DNA from: a virus
Lineage: Duplodnaviria > Caudoviricetes
Length of the DNA stretch: 25,563 nucleotides
Virus record (IMG/VR): IMGVR_UViG_3300027828_000093
Location: 1-25,563 of that record
Reading direction: 5' to 3' (one strand)
Positions within the stretch are counted from its first letter, which is position 1; each line of letters opens with the position of its first letter. The notes under the pieces were generated by a model. That model did no database searches. It had not been told where the DNA came from and worked only from the letters and a program-made list of their open reading frames with translations. Shown piece after piece: positions 1-10,300 of the stretch. The translations under genes were made by a program, and so were the position numbers.

Positions 1-261
1 GGACAGGTAGATGGAAGTAATAATTTAGATATAAAGTATGTTGACGATTTAGTTATTAACCTTTCTACAAGTATAGCTTTTCAATCTCTGCAAAGAGAAG
101 ATAAGTCAATGGAGTATTTCAAGATATATAGCACTATGGTTCGTGAGAGTCAAGATATGAAGTTTGAAGATTTTGATACGACTATGGCTGGTGTTAAACC
201 TATGGAAGGTTATGTCGGTAGTGACTTAACTAATGACCCTTTTATTAAGGGGACAGTATAA
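1..261 (+). CDS. Partial (3' end) virion protein, probable head-tail adaptor
   Basis: Frame 1 open from base 1 (GQVDGSNNLDIKYVDDLVINLSTSIAFQSLQREDKSMEYFKIYSTMVRES...KGTV), TAA at 259-261 overlapping next ATG. Adaptor call is from position and helical pattern only. Confidence 0.5.
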   Translation, partial: GQVDGSNNLDIKYVDDLVINLSTSIAFQSLQREDKSMEYFKIYSTMVRESQDMKFEDFDTTMAGVKPMEGYVGSDLTNDPFIKGTV

Positions 262-689
262 TGTATACCTTTAGTGAAAGCAGTAAAAAGAACGTAGATA
301 GCTGTGACCCCAAACTAAAGCATATCGCTTACGAGATGATTAAAGTTAGGGATTTTTCTGTTACTTGCGGTGTGCGTTCAAAGTTTGAACAGGATAGGTT
401 ATATGATGAGGGTAAGACGCTTGTCAAATGGCCTAACAGTAAACATAACATAGTTGGAGATAGTGGAGTCTCTAGAGCCTTCGATATCCAACCCTACCCC
501 ATCCGACCAGAAGATTGGTCAAACCGAGAATTCTGGATTGAATGGAGTAGTTGGGTAAAAGGATTTGCTAGTGCTTTAGGGTACTCTATTATCTCTGGCT
601 TCGACTGGGATAATGATTATAACTACGATGAAGATGAACAGACTTTTTGGGATGGGCCTCATTTCGAGCTACATAAGGACGAAGATTAA
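261..689 (+). CDS. Endolysin, peptidase M15 family (L-alanyl-D-glutamate peptidase-like)
   Basis: R-S-x-x-EQ-x-x-LY, SKH...AFD and C-terminal DGPHFEL Zn-ligand motifs as in T5-type endolysins. Confidence 0.9.
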   Translation: MYTFSESSKKNVDSCDPKLKHIAYEMIKVRDFSVTCGVRSKFEQDRLYDEGKTLVKWPNSKHNIVGDSGVSRAFDIQPYPIRPEDWSNREFWIEWSSWVKGFASALGYSIISGFDWDNDYNYDEDEQTFWDGPHFELHKDED

Positions 690-1003
690 TGCCTACAGGA
701 CACCAATCTAGTTTGAGAAAATGTTTAAATCAGATATTAACGGTTTGTATCTGTGGGTTTTTGTGTACTATAGCTGGTGGTGTTATAACTCTAGCTGTAC
801 TAGATACAAAGATTGCTAACTTAGATAATTATATAAAAGACCCTAATGTTTGTTTAGGGCGTAGTGTCTGTAAACCTGAGTTTGAAGCACATAAAGTTCG
901 TATGCTAGGAGTTGCTGAAGGTGCTTCTGCTAGGATGCGTAAAATTGAACATGATATAGAGGCGAACGAAAATGACATCGAAGACTTACAAAAAGGTTCT
1001 TAG
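689..1003 (+). CDS. Single-TM membrane protein, candidate holin/spanin component
   Basis: Hydrophobic ILTVCICGFLCTIAGGVITLAVL, then Cys pair and coiled coil; coupled to endolysin by TAATG. Confidence 0.5.
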   Translation: MPTGHQSSLRKCLNQILTVCICGFLCTIAGGVITLAVLDTKIANLDNYIKDPNVCLGRSVCKPEFEAHKVRMLGVAEGASARMRKIEHDIEANENDIEDLQKGS

Positions 1004-1253
1004 TAAGATTGGACAGTATCTCCTTAATCAACTATTAGCCTTAGACTTACTGGTAAATAGTTTAACCGGAGGTGACCCCCGTGAAACTCTTTCATCAAGG
1101 TTTGGAAAAGAAATCAGAGATGAGAAGAACGGTACAGATGATGGTTGTCGTATCTGTACTTTCATTTGTCGCTGGCTTGACGTTCTTGATTCTCGTCATT
1201 GTGAAAAGTCTATTGTACATACAGTAGGTAGTAAAGAGGTTATAGACTTATAA
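972..1253 (+). CDS. Conserved phage hypothetical protein, Cys/His-rich
   Basis: LDLLVNSLTGGDPRETLSSRFGK and CxxC..C..LD.LD..HC pattern typical of small lysis/tail-region phage proteins. Confidence 0.65.
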   Translation: MTSKTYKKVLSKIGQYLLNQLLALDLLVNSLTGGDPRETLSSRFGKEIRDEKNGTDDGCRICTFICRWLDVLDSRHCEKSIVHTVGSKEVIDL

Positions 1254-1531
1254 TGTTTACGCAGATTAGAGACAACTTGCTTTCTATCCTAGCTATTATA
1301 GCTCTTATGTGGGGTGCATTTATCTACATAAATGATATAAGATATATGGTAGGTAACATAGCTGTGAGAAATATAGCTTGGGCAGTTAATCAAATCTGTA
1401 CTGTTGATGATAGTGAGACTAGATGGGAATACCTATATGATGAACTTGATAGGTATGAAAGATACCTTAATAGAGAGCATAGGTATAGAGGTATGTCAAA
1501 AGATGAACTATGCGATTCGGAGAATAGATAA
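1253..1531 (+). CDS. Single-TM membrane protein, possible lysis accessory
   Basis: N-terminal LLSILAIIALMWGAFIYI; two Cys in soluble part; TAATG coupling upstream. Confidence 0.5.
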   Translation: MFTQIRDNLLSILAIIALMWGAFIYINDIRYMVGNIAVRNIAWAVNQICTVDDSETRWEYLYDELDRYERYLNREHRYRGMSKDELCDSENR

Positions 1532-2223
1532 TGGCATTTAGTAGAACATGGAATGCCGGATACGAAGCTAACCCTTCTAATGCTCAAGTTGCATCACAGG
1601 GTGCTGAACGTATTCGAGAACTTAAAGTAGATTTACGTGAAAGATTAGAAGTAGACCATAGTATGGCGGGTGATAGTGATGATGGTTATCACCTTTACTG
1701 TACCCTATTAGAAGCTGCCTCAGACCCATCTAGTAAAACAGATGCAGGTAAGCTGTATACAAAAGATGTAAGTGGTGTCACTGAGTTGTTTTATATAGAC
1801 TCTGATTCTAATGTAACACAGCTAACAGACGGTGGTGTATTTAGTTTATTGGGTGAAGATAATACTTGGGCTGGTAAAAATACGTTTAGTAAATCAGCAG
1901 TATCAAGTGTTGATACATTATCTGATGCAGCTAATATAAGTGTTAATGCTGATAATGCTAATTCGTTTAAAGTTACACTTGGGGGTAATAGAACATTAGA
2001 TGTACCTTCAAATGGTACTGCCGGACAATTTATATCTATGTCAATCATTCAAGATGCGACAGGTGGTAGAACTTTAACCTTTGCATCAGGATATAAGAAA
2101 GCTTCTGGTATTAGTTTAACAGTAACGGGAACGGCAAATGCAGTGGATTTATTTGGTATTTACTATGACGGTACTAGTTGGTCTGTTATCTCTCATGCGT
2201 TGGATATACAACAGGCGGTATAA
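1531..2223 (+). CDS. Tail fibre / fibre-associated virion protein
   Basis: Ser/Thr/Gly-rich beta-type C-terminus with NTW.G.NTF and IIQDATGGRTLTF motifs common in phage fibre domains. Confidence 0.65.
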   Translation: MAFSRTWNAGYEANPSNAQVASQGAERIRELKVDLRERLEVDHSMAGDSDDGYHLYCTLLEAASDPSSKTDAGKLYTKDVSGVTELFYIDSDSNVTQLTDGGVFSLLGEDNTWAGKNTFSKSAVSSVDTLSDAANISVNADNANSFKVTLGGNRTLDVPSNGTAGQFISMSIIQDATGGRTLTFASGYKKASGISLTVTGTANAVDLFGIYYDGTSWSVISHALDIQQAV

Positions 2224-2224
2224 A

Positions 2225-3223
2225 ATGTTTAGTGCTCTATCTTTAAATATGGACAAGTTTCAATATAGATTAGATATTACATCTGACTTAGATAATGAGG
2301 CTTATGACCTAAGGGTTCATTTCTATAATAAGTATGGAGTTTATCCTGAGAGTTTAAACAACATATCTTTGCTTGTGGTTGTTGCTGAAAATGTAACATT
2401 AAAAGGTTCTGGTGGTTCGGCAGGAGAAAGACGTTCTATATCTAATAATACCTATCGGTCTGTAACTTTACCGTCAGGAGCTATTGATTGTTACCAGTAT
2501 GATGTACCCGCTGACCCGGATGATATACTATCTTCTGACAGTATTGAGATAGGTGATGGTCTTAATTCTGATTGTGAACTCCACGTTATTCTTGAGTCTG
2601 GTTCTCATATTCAAGGTGGTGGTGGAGGTGGTGGTGCAGGCGGACAAGCAAATGGTATAGGTTCACCTAACTATGAATACTTAGATGGTGGTAAAGGTCA
2701 AAATGGTGCTCCAGCTATACGAGCTAAATGCCCTGTTTATGTTTACGGGTCTGGTACTATTGAATGTGGCTATGCTGGTGGTGGAGGTTCAGGTGTTGAA
2801 TATGCTGCAAGCGGTGTTACTAATGGCCTAGGTAATCAAGCACTAAGACTATTAGGAAATGGTGGCGGAGGTGGACACCCACATGGTAGTGGTAATGGAA
2901 GACAACACTATGGATATGTACCACCTCCCAATGATTATGGCTCAGGTAACGAAGGTTATGATGCTGATGATACAAACGCAGGTGCTGCTAGGACTCACGG
3001 TTGGGCTATAACACCTGGCACTGATGAAATATCAGCTACATTAGACAGCGGTAAAGGTGGTGAACGTGGTAGTCCTGCTGATGATGGGGAAGTTAATTCA
3101 TCACAAACTAAGTCATATGAAACCGATTCCGGTTTAGCAGGTACTGATGGATATGCTGTAGATAGTAACGGTACTGGAGCTACTATCCATACAGGAACTA
3201 CTTCTTATGGCGGTACTAACTAA
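2225..3223 (+). CDS. Glycine-rich receptor-binding adhesin (T-even gp38-like polyglycine)
   Basis: Repeated GGGGGGGAGG, GYAGGGGSG and GNGGGGG tracts with intervening loops; start moved to ATG 2225 just after the upstream stop. Confidence 0.6.
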   Translation: MFSALSLNMDKFQYRLDITSDLDNEAYDLRVHFYNKYGVYPESLNNISLLVVVAENVTLKGSGGSAGERRSISNNTYRSVTLPSGAIDCYQYDVPADPDDILSSDSIEIGDGLNSDCELHVILESGSHIQGGGGGGGAGGQANGIGSPNYEYLDGGKGQNGAPAIRAKCPVYVYGSGTIECGYAGGGGSGVEYAASGVTNGLGNQALRLLGNGGGGGHPHGSGNGRQHYGYVPPPNDYGSGNEGYDADDTNAGAARTHGWAITPGTDEISATLDSGKGGERGSPADDGEVNSSQTKSYETDSGLAGTDGYAVDSNGTGATIHTGTTSYGGTN

Positions 3224-3501
3224 TGGGCAATATATCTGTCAGAATGGAGGCAGAAGAATGGACTCCATCACAACGAAGGGATTTAGAAAACCTAGCTTTT
3301 GAGGTTCAAAGGATTCTATCAGGTGGACTATACCCCGCTGAAACTAACGTAACAAAACTGACAGATAGTACCGGAGGTTCAACTGATGGTACTTTATCTA
3401 GCACTAGTGATACAGTAGCTGATGATAACTTCGCAGAGATTAACGAAAAGCTAAATGCTATTATTGATGCTTTAACTAATCTAGGCTTAATGGAGAAATA
3501 A
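3223..3501 (+). CDS. Small virion fibre-like protein
   Basis: C-terminal INEKLNAIIDALTNLGLM helix typical of head-fibre/trimerisation tips; TAATG coupling on both sides. Confidence 0.5.
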   Translation: MGNISVRMEAEEWTPSQRRDLENLAFEVQRILSGGLYPAETNVTKLTDSTGGSTDGTLSSTSDTVADDNFAEINEKLNAIIDALTNLGLMEK

Positions 3502-5345
3502 TGAGCACTACATCTAAAGACTTACAAGCTGCTATGTCTAGTATACTAGGCGGTAACACTAAGCCTAAGTGGAATGATTATCCTGTACAGAATTTTGCAG
3601 GAGGTATTAACACATTTCTAGATAGTGATAATATATCTGATAATGAAGTTCTGTGTGCAGAGAATATGAGACTGTTTGCTGATTTACTAGAAGCAGATAA
3701 AGGTTACTCAGGTATCCACGAAAGTGAAGATTTACTAGGTACTATACAAGAGCAGCATACATTAAAATTAAAGACAGGGCAGAATAAATACTTCCTGTTT
3801 ACAACAGCTACTATCTATCTATATGATACAGACCAGTGGATAGGTGTATCTACATCTGTTGATGATGTTTTAGATACTTCCCACGTAACAAACGATACTG
3901 TACTAGGTGTAGCTGATACTACTGGCTTTGCTGTAGATGATTATGTTAAGGTTGAGCTTGATGATGGGTCTTATCACCATGCACAGATTGATGCTATAAG
4001 TGCTGGTGCATCCATCACAATAGATATAGGTATCCCCTCTGCTGCCGCTAGTGCTAATACTATTACTAAGATAGTAACACTGACTGGTACGGTAGAGAAT
4101 AGAATAGATGTTGAGACTATACCTTGGGACGACCAGTTTGTATTTACTAACGGTCTGGACGCTATCCAATATTACGATGATGGGACAGGGGTAGTCGGGA
4201 ATGTATCAGGTCTGCCAAGTAGCGGGGATTGCTTAGCACTCTCGCTCGCCATCTTCGACAACTCCCTATTCCTATTCAACACCACCGAAGGTGGCGACAG
4301 CCACCCACGCAGAGTTAGATATTGTGATACGGCTGATATAACAGAGTGGACTAATGGTACAGCAGGTTATATTGATTTATACGAGAATAGTTATCCTATC
4401 ATAACAGGTAAGGTACTCGGTCCTTATTTAATACTCTATAAACAAAAAGGTATAAGGAGACTATTACCCTCTCAAGCTGCTAGTAAGAGATTTGAGAATG
4501 ATGGACTTATTGAAGATGAGGGTATATTCTCTATCAATTCTGTAGTATCTATATCAAATAATCGACACGCATTTTGGGGTCGTAGTAATATCTACCTATA
4601 TAAAGGTGGGTTTGATATGGAACCTGTTGGAGAGAAAATAAAGAAACAAATCTTTGGTGCATCTTCAAATGTAGACCCAAGCTTGCATACAATGAAGAAG
4701 CTATATCATTTAGCCGATAAGGATGAATTAATTATATCTTATCAAAAAGTTGGAGATACTGTACCTAAAACTACATATAGACTTAACCTTCTAACTCAGG
4801 GCTGGACAGGACCTAGAGAATACACAGACGGGTTATGGTCAATGGGACATCTTGAGAATAGCTCTCCAGTTACTTGGGATGATTTAACAGGTAGTTGGGA
4901 TACTCAGGATTATCCTTGGGTATCTACAGTTCTTAGTGGTGTAGATAGTTTTAGGGTTATAGGTGGTACTAATCGAGTCTATCAATATAATGATACCGAT
5001 GGTGATGATAACGGAACATCTATAAATTATACAGTAGATACTAAAGACTTTGAAGAAGAGTATGAGGTATTACTAGATTGGATTGATGTTAAATGTACTG
5101 GTTCAGATGATACAGATGCTAGTAAGGTAACAGTATACATTAGCGCTGACAGGGGTAACTCTTGGGTAGAGCTTGGTAAGTGTAATGCATCTACCACACC
5201 TCAATGGTTTAGATTATTTAAACAAATAACTTGTAAGCATTACAGGTTAAGATTTACGACACAAAGTTCTGCATTTGCTTTGTATGAGATTAACAGACGA
5301 CAAATAGAAGTCACAGAAAAAATTGACTTCGGAACTATTTCATAG
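3501..5345 (+). CDS. Tail hub/nozzle protein (P22 gp10-like packaged DNA stabilisation protein)
   Basis: 614 aa beta-rich; N-terminal F.GGIN, RVRYCD...W, WDD...WD...W, C-terminal SADRGNSW...YRLRF; directly precedes ejection genes. Confidence 0.7.
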   Translation: MSTTSKDLQAAMSSILGGNTKPKWNDYPVQNFAGGINTFLDSDNISDNEVLCAENMRLFADLLEADKGYSGIHESEDLLGTIQEQHTLKLKTGQNKYFLFTTATIYLYDTDQWIGVSTSVDDVLDTSHVTNDTVLGVADTTGFAVDDYVKVELDDGSYHHAQIDAISAGASITIDIGIPSAAASANTITKIVTLTGTVENRIDVETIPWDDQFVFTNGLDAIQYYDDGTGVVGNVSGLPSSGDCLALSLAIFDNSLFLFNTTEGGDSHPRRVRYCDTADITEWTNGTAGYIDLYENSYPIITGKVLGPYLILYKQKGIRRLLPSQAASKRFENDGLIEDEGIFSINSVVSISNNRHAFWGRSNIYLYKGGFDMEPVGEKIKKQIFGASSNVDPSLHTMKKLYHLADKDELIISYQKVGDTVPKTTYRLNLLTQGWTGPREYTDGLWSMGHLENSSPVTWDDLTGSWDTQDYPWVSTVLSGVDSFRVIGGTNRVYQYNDTDGDDNGTSINYTVDTKDFEEEYEVLLDWIDVKCTGSDDTDASKVTVYISADRGNSWVELGKCNASTTPQWFRLFKQITCKHYRLRFTTQSSAFALYEINRRQIEVTEKIDFGTIS

Positions 5346-5354
5346 GAGAATATT

Positions 5355-6119
5355 ATGGGTGTAGGTAGTTTTTTCTTTGGTTCAGCTCCTAGTACAAGTG
5401 TATCTAAAGAGACAGTAAGAAGTGACCAGCAGATAGAATCTCTTGAAGGTATATTAGGTGAGTTGAGTAATAAAGGTACTAGTGTAGATTCCTTTGAAGG
5501 GGATTTATCTCCTGGATTACATAGAACTCAGAACTTATCATTAGCAGCTATGGAAGAGGCTGCATTGAAGGGTGGTCAAGACCCTGTAGCTATGGCTGCT
5601 GATGAAGAGTTATTGAAATTTATTAAGGGTAATAATAATACAGACTTTGAAGAGTTCTATAGAACTAATATCAGAGACCCTTTGACAAGAGACTTCAAAG
5701 AGAATATCCAACCAGATATAGCTCGTAACTTTGGAGGTAGTAGTTTCTTTTCATCTGAAAGGGCTAAGGCAGATAGATTTAGTATTGAAGATCTGAATAG
5801 AGTTTTAACAGAAAATCGTGGTAAGCTAGCTTATGATGATAAAAACAGAAATCTTGATAGAGCCCTACAAGCTATTGGTTTATCTGGGTCTATTCGTAGT
5901 GACAGAAACAATGCCTTTGCTACACTATTTAATGCAGGTGAAACTGCTAGATTAGCTGGGGTAGGTGATATTGAAAGAGAGTTCGGGAGGTTTGAATCTG
6001 ATAGAGGTCAAAGGTCTACTCAGATTAAAGAACTTCTTGCAGCTATCAACACACCGATTACAGAGAATATTGCTACAACTAGTGGTGGTAGTTCCGGTCT
6101 GTTATCTGGATTATTTTAG
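5355..6119 (+). CDS. Probable DNA ejection (pilot) protein
   Basis: AGGAG RBS; N-terminal MGVGSFFFGS, helical core, C-terminal GGSSGLLSGLF; position after hub. Confidence 0.6.
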   Translation: MGVGSFFFGSAPSTSVSKETVRSDQQIESLEGILGELSNKGTSVDSFEGDLSPGLHRTQNLSLAAMEEAALKGGQDPVAMAADEELLKFIKGNNNTDFEEFYRTNIRDPLTRDFKENIQPDIARNFGGSSFFSSERAKADRFSIEDLNRVLTENRGKLAYDDKNRNLDRALQAIGLSGSIRSDRNNAFATLFNAGETARLAGVGDIEREFGRFESDRGQRSTQIKELLAAINTPITENIATTSGGSSGLLSGLF

Positions 6120-6131
6120 GAGTATATATAA

Positions 6132-7310
6132 ATGGCTACAGTTGTTAATCAACCGAGAGATGAACGTGGTAAGGAACAGGGGCAGGCATTAACTAAAGCT
6201 GTCCAACTCTTTACTGGTTATATACAAGAGAATAAAAGAAAAGAAGCTTACTCAAGCACTGTTGAAGCTCTACAAAATTCTCAATCTTTAGAAGAAGCTC
6301 AAGATGTAGTTGGTTCAGTAGACCCTAGTCTTGTTGGCACTGAGTATGGTAAAAAAATAGATGCTTTATACCAAGACCTTCATCCAGAAATGGAAACTAT
6401 GACGGGTTATAACGGTATGGGTCAAGAAGTAACTTTCCAAGTTGACCCTCAGAAGTCTTGGCAATCTCAAGCACCTAAAGGAATCTCACTAACCAAAGCT
6501 GAAACGTATGGTTATCGTATGAAAGATGGTACTTTAAAAACTCTACCATCTAATGAAGTTGCAGCTAAGGCAGGGGCATCAGCTATTGAGAAAATCCACG
6601 GAACTGGTGGAGAATTACTAGACCCTGTTAGATTTAAAACTGAGATTTCTTTACAAGATAATGCTATAAGAAGAATGGCAGCTACAGCATCAGGAGCTAA
6701 AACTAATCAAGCTGAGAAGAAGTTTGAATCTAGATATACGTCTGAAAAGAGTTTTGATAGATATACTACTCGTGATGGCGCAAGAAATCTAGTTAATTTT
6801 GAGGCAGATGTAGATAAGCATTATGTAGCTCAGACTTCTAGTTCACTTGGCTTAGATAGCGAGACGGTTGTTACTGACCCTGGTTTCAGAAATCTCCTGA
6901 CAACACAGAAAGAGATAGGTCAGCAAGTATTACGTAGAGGTGGTACTAAAGCCCAAGCTATTCATGCCGGTGAGATAGCTTTTAATATGTATGTACTTGA
7001 TGGTAAGTTTGCATTAGAAGAAATGCAGAAAGGTCAAGAGGAAGGATTAAATAAATCTGCATCTTCAAGACTTAAGAACATGGATACCATCGCAGCTAAC
7101 TCTCGTAAAGAATTCGAGAAACGTACAGGTGTTACTTGGAATGAATATAAAGTACTGAGGGATAATAATAAGATTCAGAAAATACCAGAAGATAATAATG
7201 TATATGTACTTCCAGTTACCAGAGAAGATGGAACTACAACTAATGTTAATATCAAACGTATAGGTGGTATCATTGTACCTGTAGGTGATAAATGGGTTGC
7301 ATCTAAATAG
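6132..7310 (+). CDS. Probable internal virion/ejection protein
   Basis: AGGAG RBS; 392 aa Ala/Gln/Lys-rich helical protein between pilot and large ejection protein. Confidence 0.55.
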   Translation: MATVVNQPRDERGKEQGQALTKAVQLFTGYIQENKRKEAYSSTVEALQNSQSLEEAQDVVGSVDPSLVGTEYGKKIDALYQDLHPEMETMTGYNGMGQEVTFQVDPQKSWQSQAPKGISLTKAETYGYRMKDGTLKTLPSNEVAAKAGASAIEKIHGTGGELLDPVRFKTEISLQDNAIRRMAATASGAKTNQAEKKFESRYTSEKSFDRYTTRDGARNLVNFEADVDKHYVAQTSSSLGLDSETVVTDPGFRNLLTTQKEIGQQVLRRGGTKAQAIHAGEIAFNMYVLDGKFALEEMQKGQEEGLNKSASSRLKNMDTIAANSRKEFEKRTGVTWNEYKVLRDNNKIQKIPEDNNVYVLPVTREDGTTTNVNIKRIGGIIVPVGDKWVASK

Positions 7311-7317
7311 GTGAAAT

Positions 7318-10300
7318 ATGTCTGAAATAATACAACTTCCTGGTGTAGATTTAAGACCACCAGAAGAGGAAGAAGAAAAAGTATTACCACTATCAGAAGA
7401 AGGTGAAGTTATTAACTTAGGTTCTGAACCTATCGACTTAAGAATACCTGACCAAGATGGTCTTATTGCTGGTGATGTGCAAGAAGGTTTCATACCTTTA
7501 GAACTTGCTGACGAAGAACAGTTTGAGGATGTGCCAACTAATATAGATACAGAAATATCTAGAGAAGATACAATGGCAGATGATGTTATCCTCGACGAGA
7601 TTGCTAACGGTAAAGATATACAACAAAGTAAAACTTTCCAAAAGGCTACAGTTACTCAAGAGAAACTTCGTAAGGGTAATGAAATAATCCAGCATAGTCT
7701 AGCACATCTAGGTATGGACTATGATGGATTCTCTTATGTGCTTGGTTCAGAAGCTTTGGGTGCATTAGAAACTATTGGACTTCCAATCTTTCATTTAGCT
7801 AGTGAAGCTATCGCAATGCCACAAGCTGCAGCAGAGACAATAGCTAATGAATTCCTACCCCCTGTATGGGATGAGTACGAAGATAAAAATTGGCATGAAA
7901 GAGTTTTATCTGTCAAAGCTAAGATTCAAGCAGAAGAAGGAGGTGTTGCTAATTTCCTATCTATTGATGCCTTTACAGAGCAGGGTAATCGTAACCTTAC
8001 TAAGCTCGGTGAGTGGTGGCACATAGCTAAGGATAATACTTCTGGTGCTGCTGCAAGGGCTTATGCAGGAGGTATAGAAAATATACAGGATTTAGTAATA
8101 GAACAACGTGAAAAAGATTTAGGTAGACCTTTAACAAATCCTGAAGCTCTTGATTATATAGCTGCCGGTACTAGTAATCCTGCATTACCTATTATCCAGA
8201 CAGCTATTGAAACATCTCCAGATGCTTTACTATTCCTATACCCAACCCTTTCATCTATGTCTCGTTCAAGACTGAGAACTAAGTATCTTGAAGAAACTAA
8301 AGTTCGTGCAGAGGCTTATGATATATTCTCTGAACAACGTAGTGTTAGCATAGGTAAGCTAGACCAGATGATTCCTAATGCTGAACTACTACCTGCTGCT
8401 AGAGCAGAGATGTTAGAAGCAATGAAGAGGGGTGAACAATTTCCTGATATTGTTGTTGAAACTGTTAATGGTAGTCCGACAGGTAATATTGCTGGTTGGG
8501 AGAATGTTCTCTTTATGAAGGAATGGGCTAAAGCTCACGGTGTTAAACTTAAAAACGTTAAGGTAAGATTCCTAGAGAAGAACACATTTACTGAAGCAGA
8601 AGTTGCAGTGATGCGTAAGACTGGTAACGATGTATTCACAAGAGTACGTGAGAACAATGCCAGACTTAAAGAAATGAATAAAGGTAAAAAGAAAGATTGG
8701 TGGTCTGACTTTAAAACTAAGTTCATTGATGCGTCAGCTAACATCAAGAAAGACCTCTTCAAGGATTATGGTACGCTAGGTACTGATGCTGTCATGAAGC
8801 TAGAACTTATAGCAGGTGCTACAGCTAAAGCTCAGATGAGATACCAAGATGTATCTGGTTTAGTATGGGGTAAGCGTGGTGTTAATGATGCAAGGATTTC
8901 TTATGATTCGTCTATTAAGTGGTTAGACAATGAAGGTAAAACCACAATGGTTTCTGAGATGGAACTATTAGATATGTATATGCACGCACGTAGGACGCAG
9001 GAGGTTGTTAAACTTACCAAGAAGAAAGGTAAGGGTGAGAAGCCTCAGAACTTTGCCGGACCAATTAAGACTGTTGAAGATGCTAGTGGTGTTATTTCTC
9101 GTATAGGTGAGATACTTCCTAAAGAGAGGATATTACAATTTGAAACTAGGACTCAAATCTTATTCGATGAAATGAAAGTTATGCTTGGTGAAATGTTAGA
9201 CGCAGGACTTATCACTAAAGAAACTTATGGTAATATGAAAGATATGCACTATATCTCTCGTGAGTTTGCTAATGACATTGACCCAGTATTCCACTATAAA
9301 GGTAAATCAGGTAAAGCTATATCAGTAGGTGATAGTGGTATCGTACCTATGTCGTATGGCAAGACAGATAGACTACAAAGATTATCTGTTGAGGATGTGA
9401 CAGCAGAATATATAGCTAGACTAGAAAGACGTATGGCAAAGAATAAAGCTAACTTAGCTCTGTTAGATGTTATCGACAGTACTGAGGGTGGTATAGGCTG
9501 GGCTATGCGGGGCATGACTACCAAGAGTGGTAAGGCTAAGCCAGTTCCGGAAGGTTGGCAAGAGATACAGGTCATGAAGAATGGTCAACCTGAACGTATG
9601 TGGATGAAAGATAATAAAGCTGATGAGTGGATTATCAATGACCCTGGTCAAGCTGCGGCAGAGTTAGGATGGATTCGAGTTGCAACAGGTTCAGCTTTTG
9701 TTAAACCTTTAGCTACTGGTTTCAATCCAGGCTTTGCTGTCCGTAACCTTCCAAGAGATATGGTTCACGCTTGGAGAGCTGGCGGAGATACATATAGTAC
9801 ATTAGCTCCTATGGCTTTTGGGGAGATGATGATTGATATGATTCAAGTAGCCCCAGATGCAATCTTTAAAAGAGGACGCTATAAGGATTATATTAATGAA
9901 GGTGGTGGATTACCTTTACTTGCTCATCAGGGTAGAGAGGTTTTCTTAGGTGAAGCTGGTGCGTTGGCGCAGGTGCGCGGTGGGCGAGGCAAGTGGGGAC
10001 ATAGATATCAAACTCTCAAAGAAGCTGCAGGTTCTATTAATGAATTCTCAGAGATTTGGGTAAGGCTTGCTATCCGTGAAACTGTTATGAAGAAGCAGCA
10101 AATTCGAGGTGAGCCTATTAATTCTCAGGTAGCTACTTGGACTGCTAGAAGGTATCTTGACTTTGCTCAGGGTGGTACTATCACCAAGAATCTTGAGGCC
10201 TTCTTCCCTTACCTTAACTCTACTACTCAAGCTTTCCGAACATCGTTCAGAGAGTATGGTAGGGGTAATAAGGCAGCTATGAATATGTTAGCTAAAGATC

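Noticed and set aside
2138-2224. Upstream start extensions given by the ORF track (also 13321, 17437, 19004, 19742, 21473, 21952, 22919, 25430)
   Set aside because: Downstream starts have clear RBSs or coupling and avoid long overlaps
773-2782. GCTGGTGG Chi-like octamers
   Set aside because: Explained by Ala-Gly-Gly codons; host unknown
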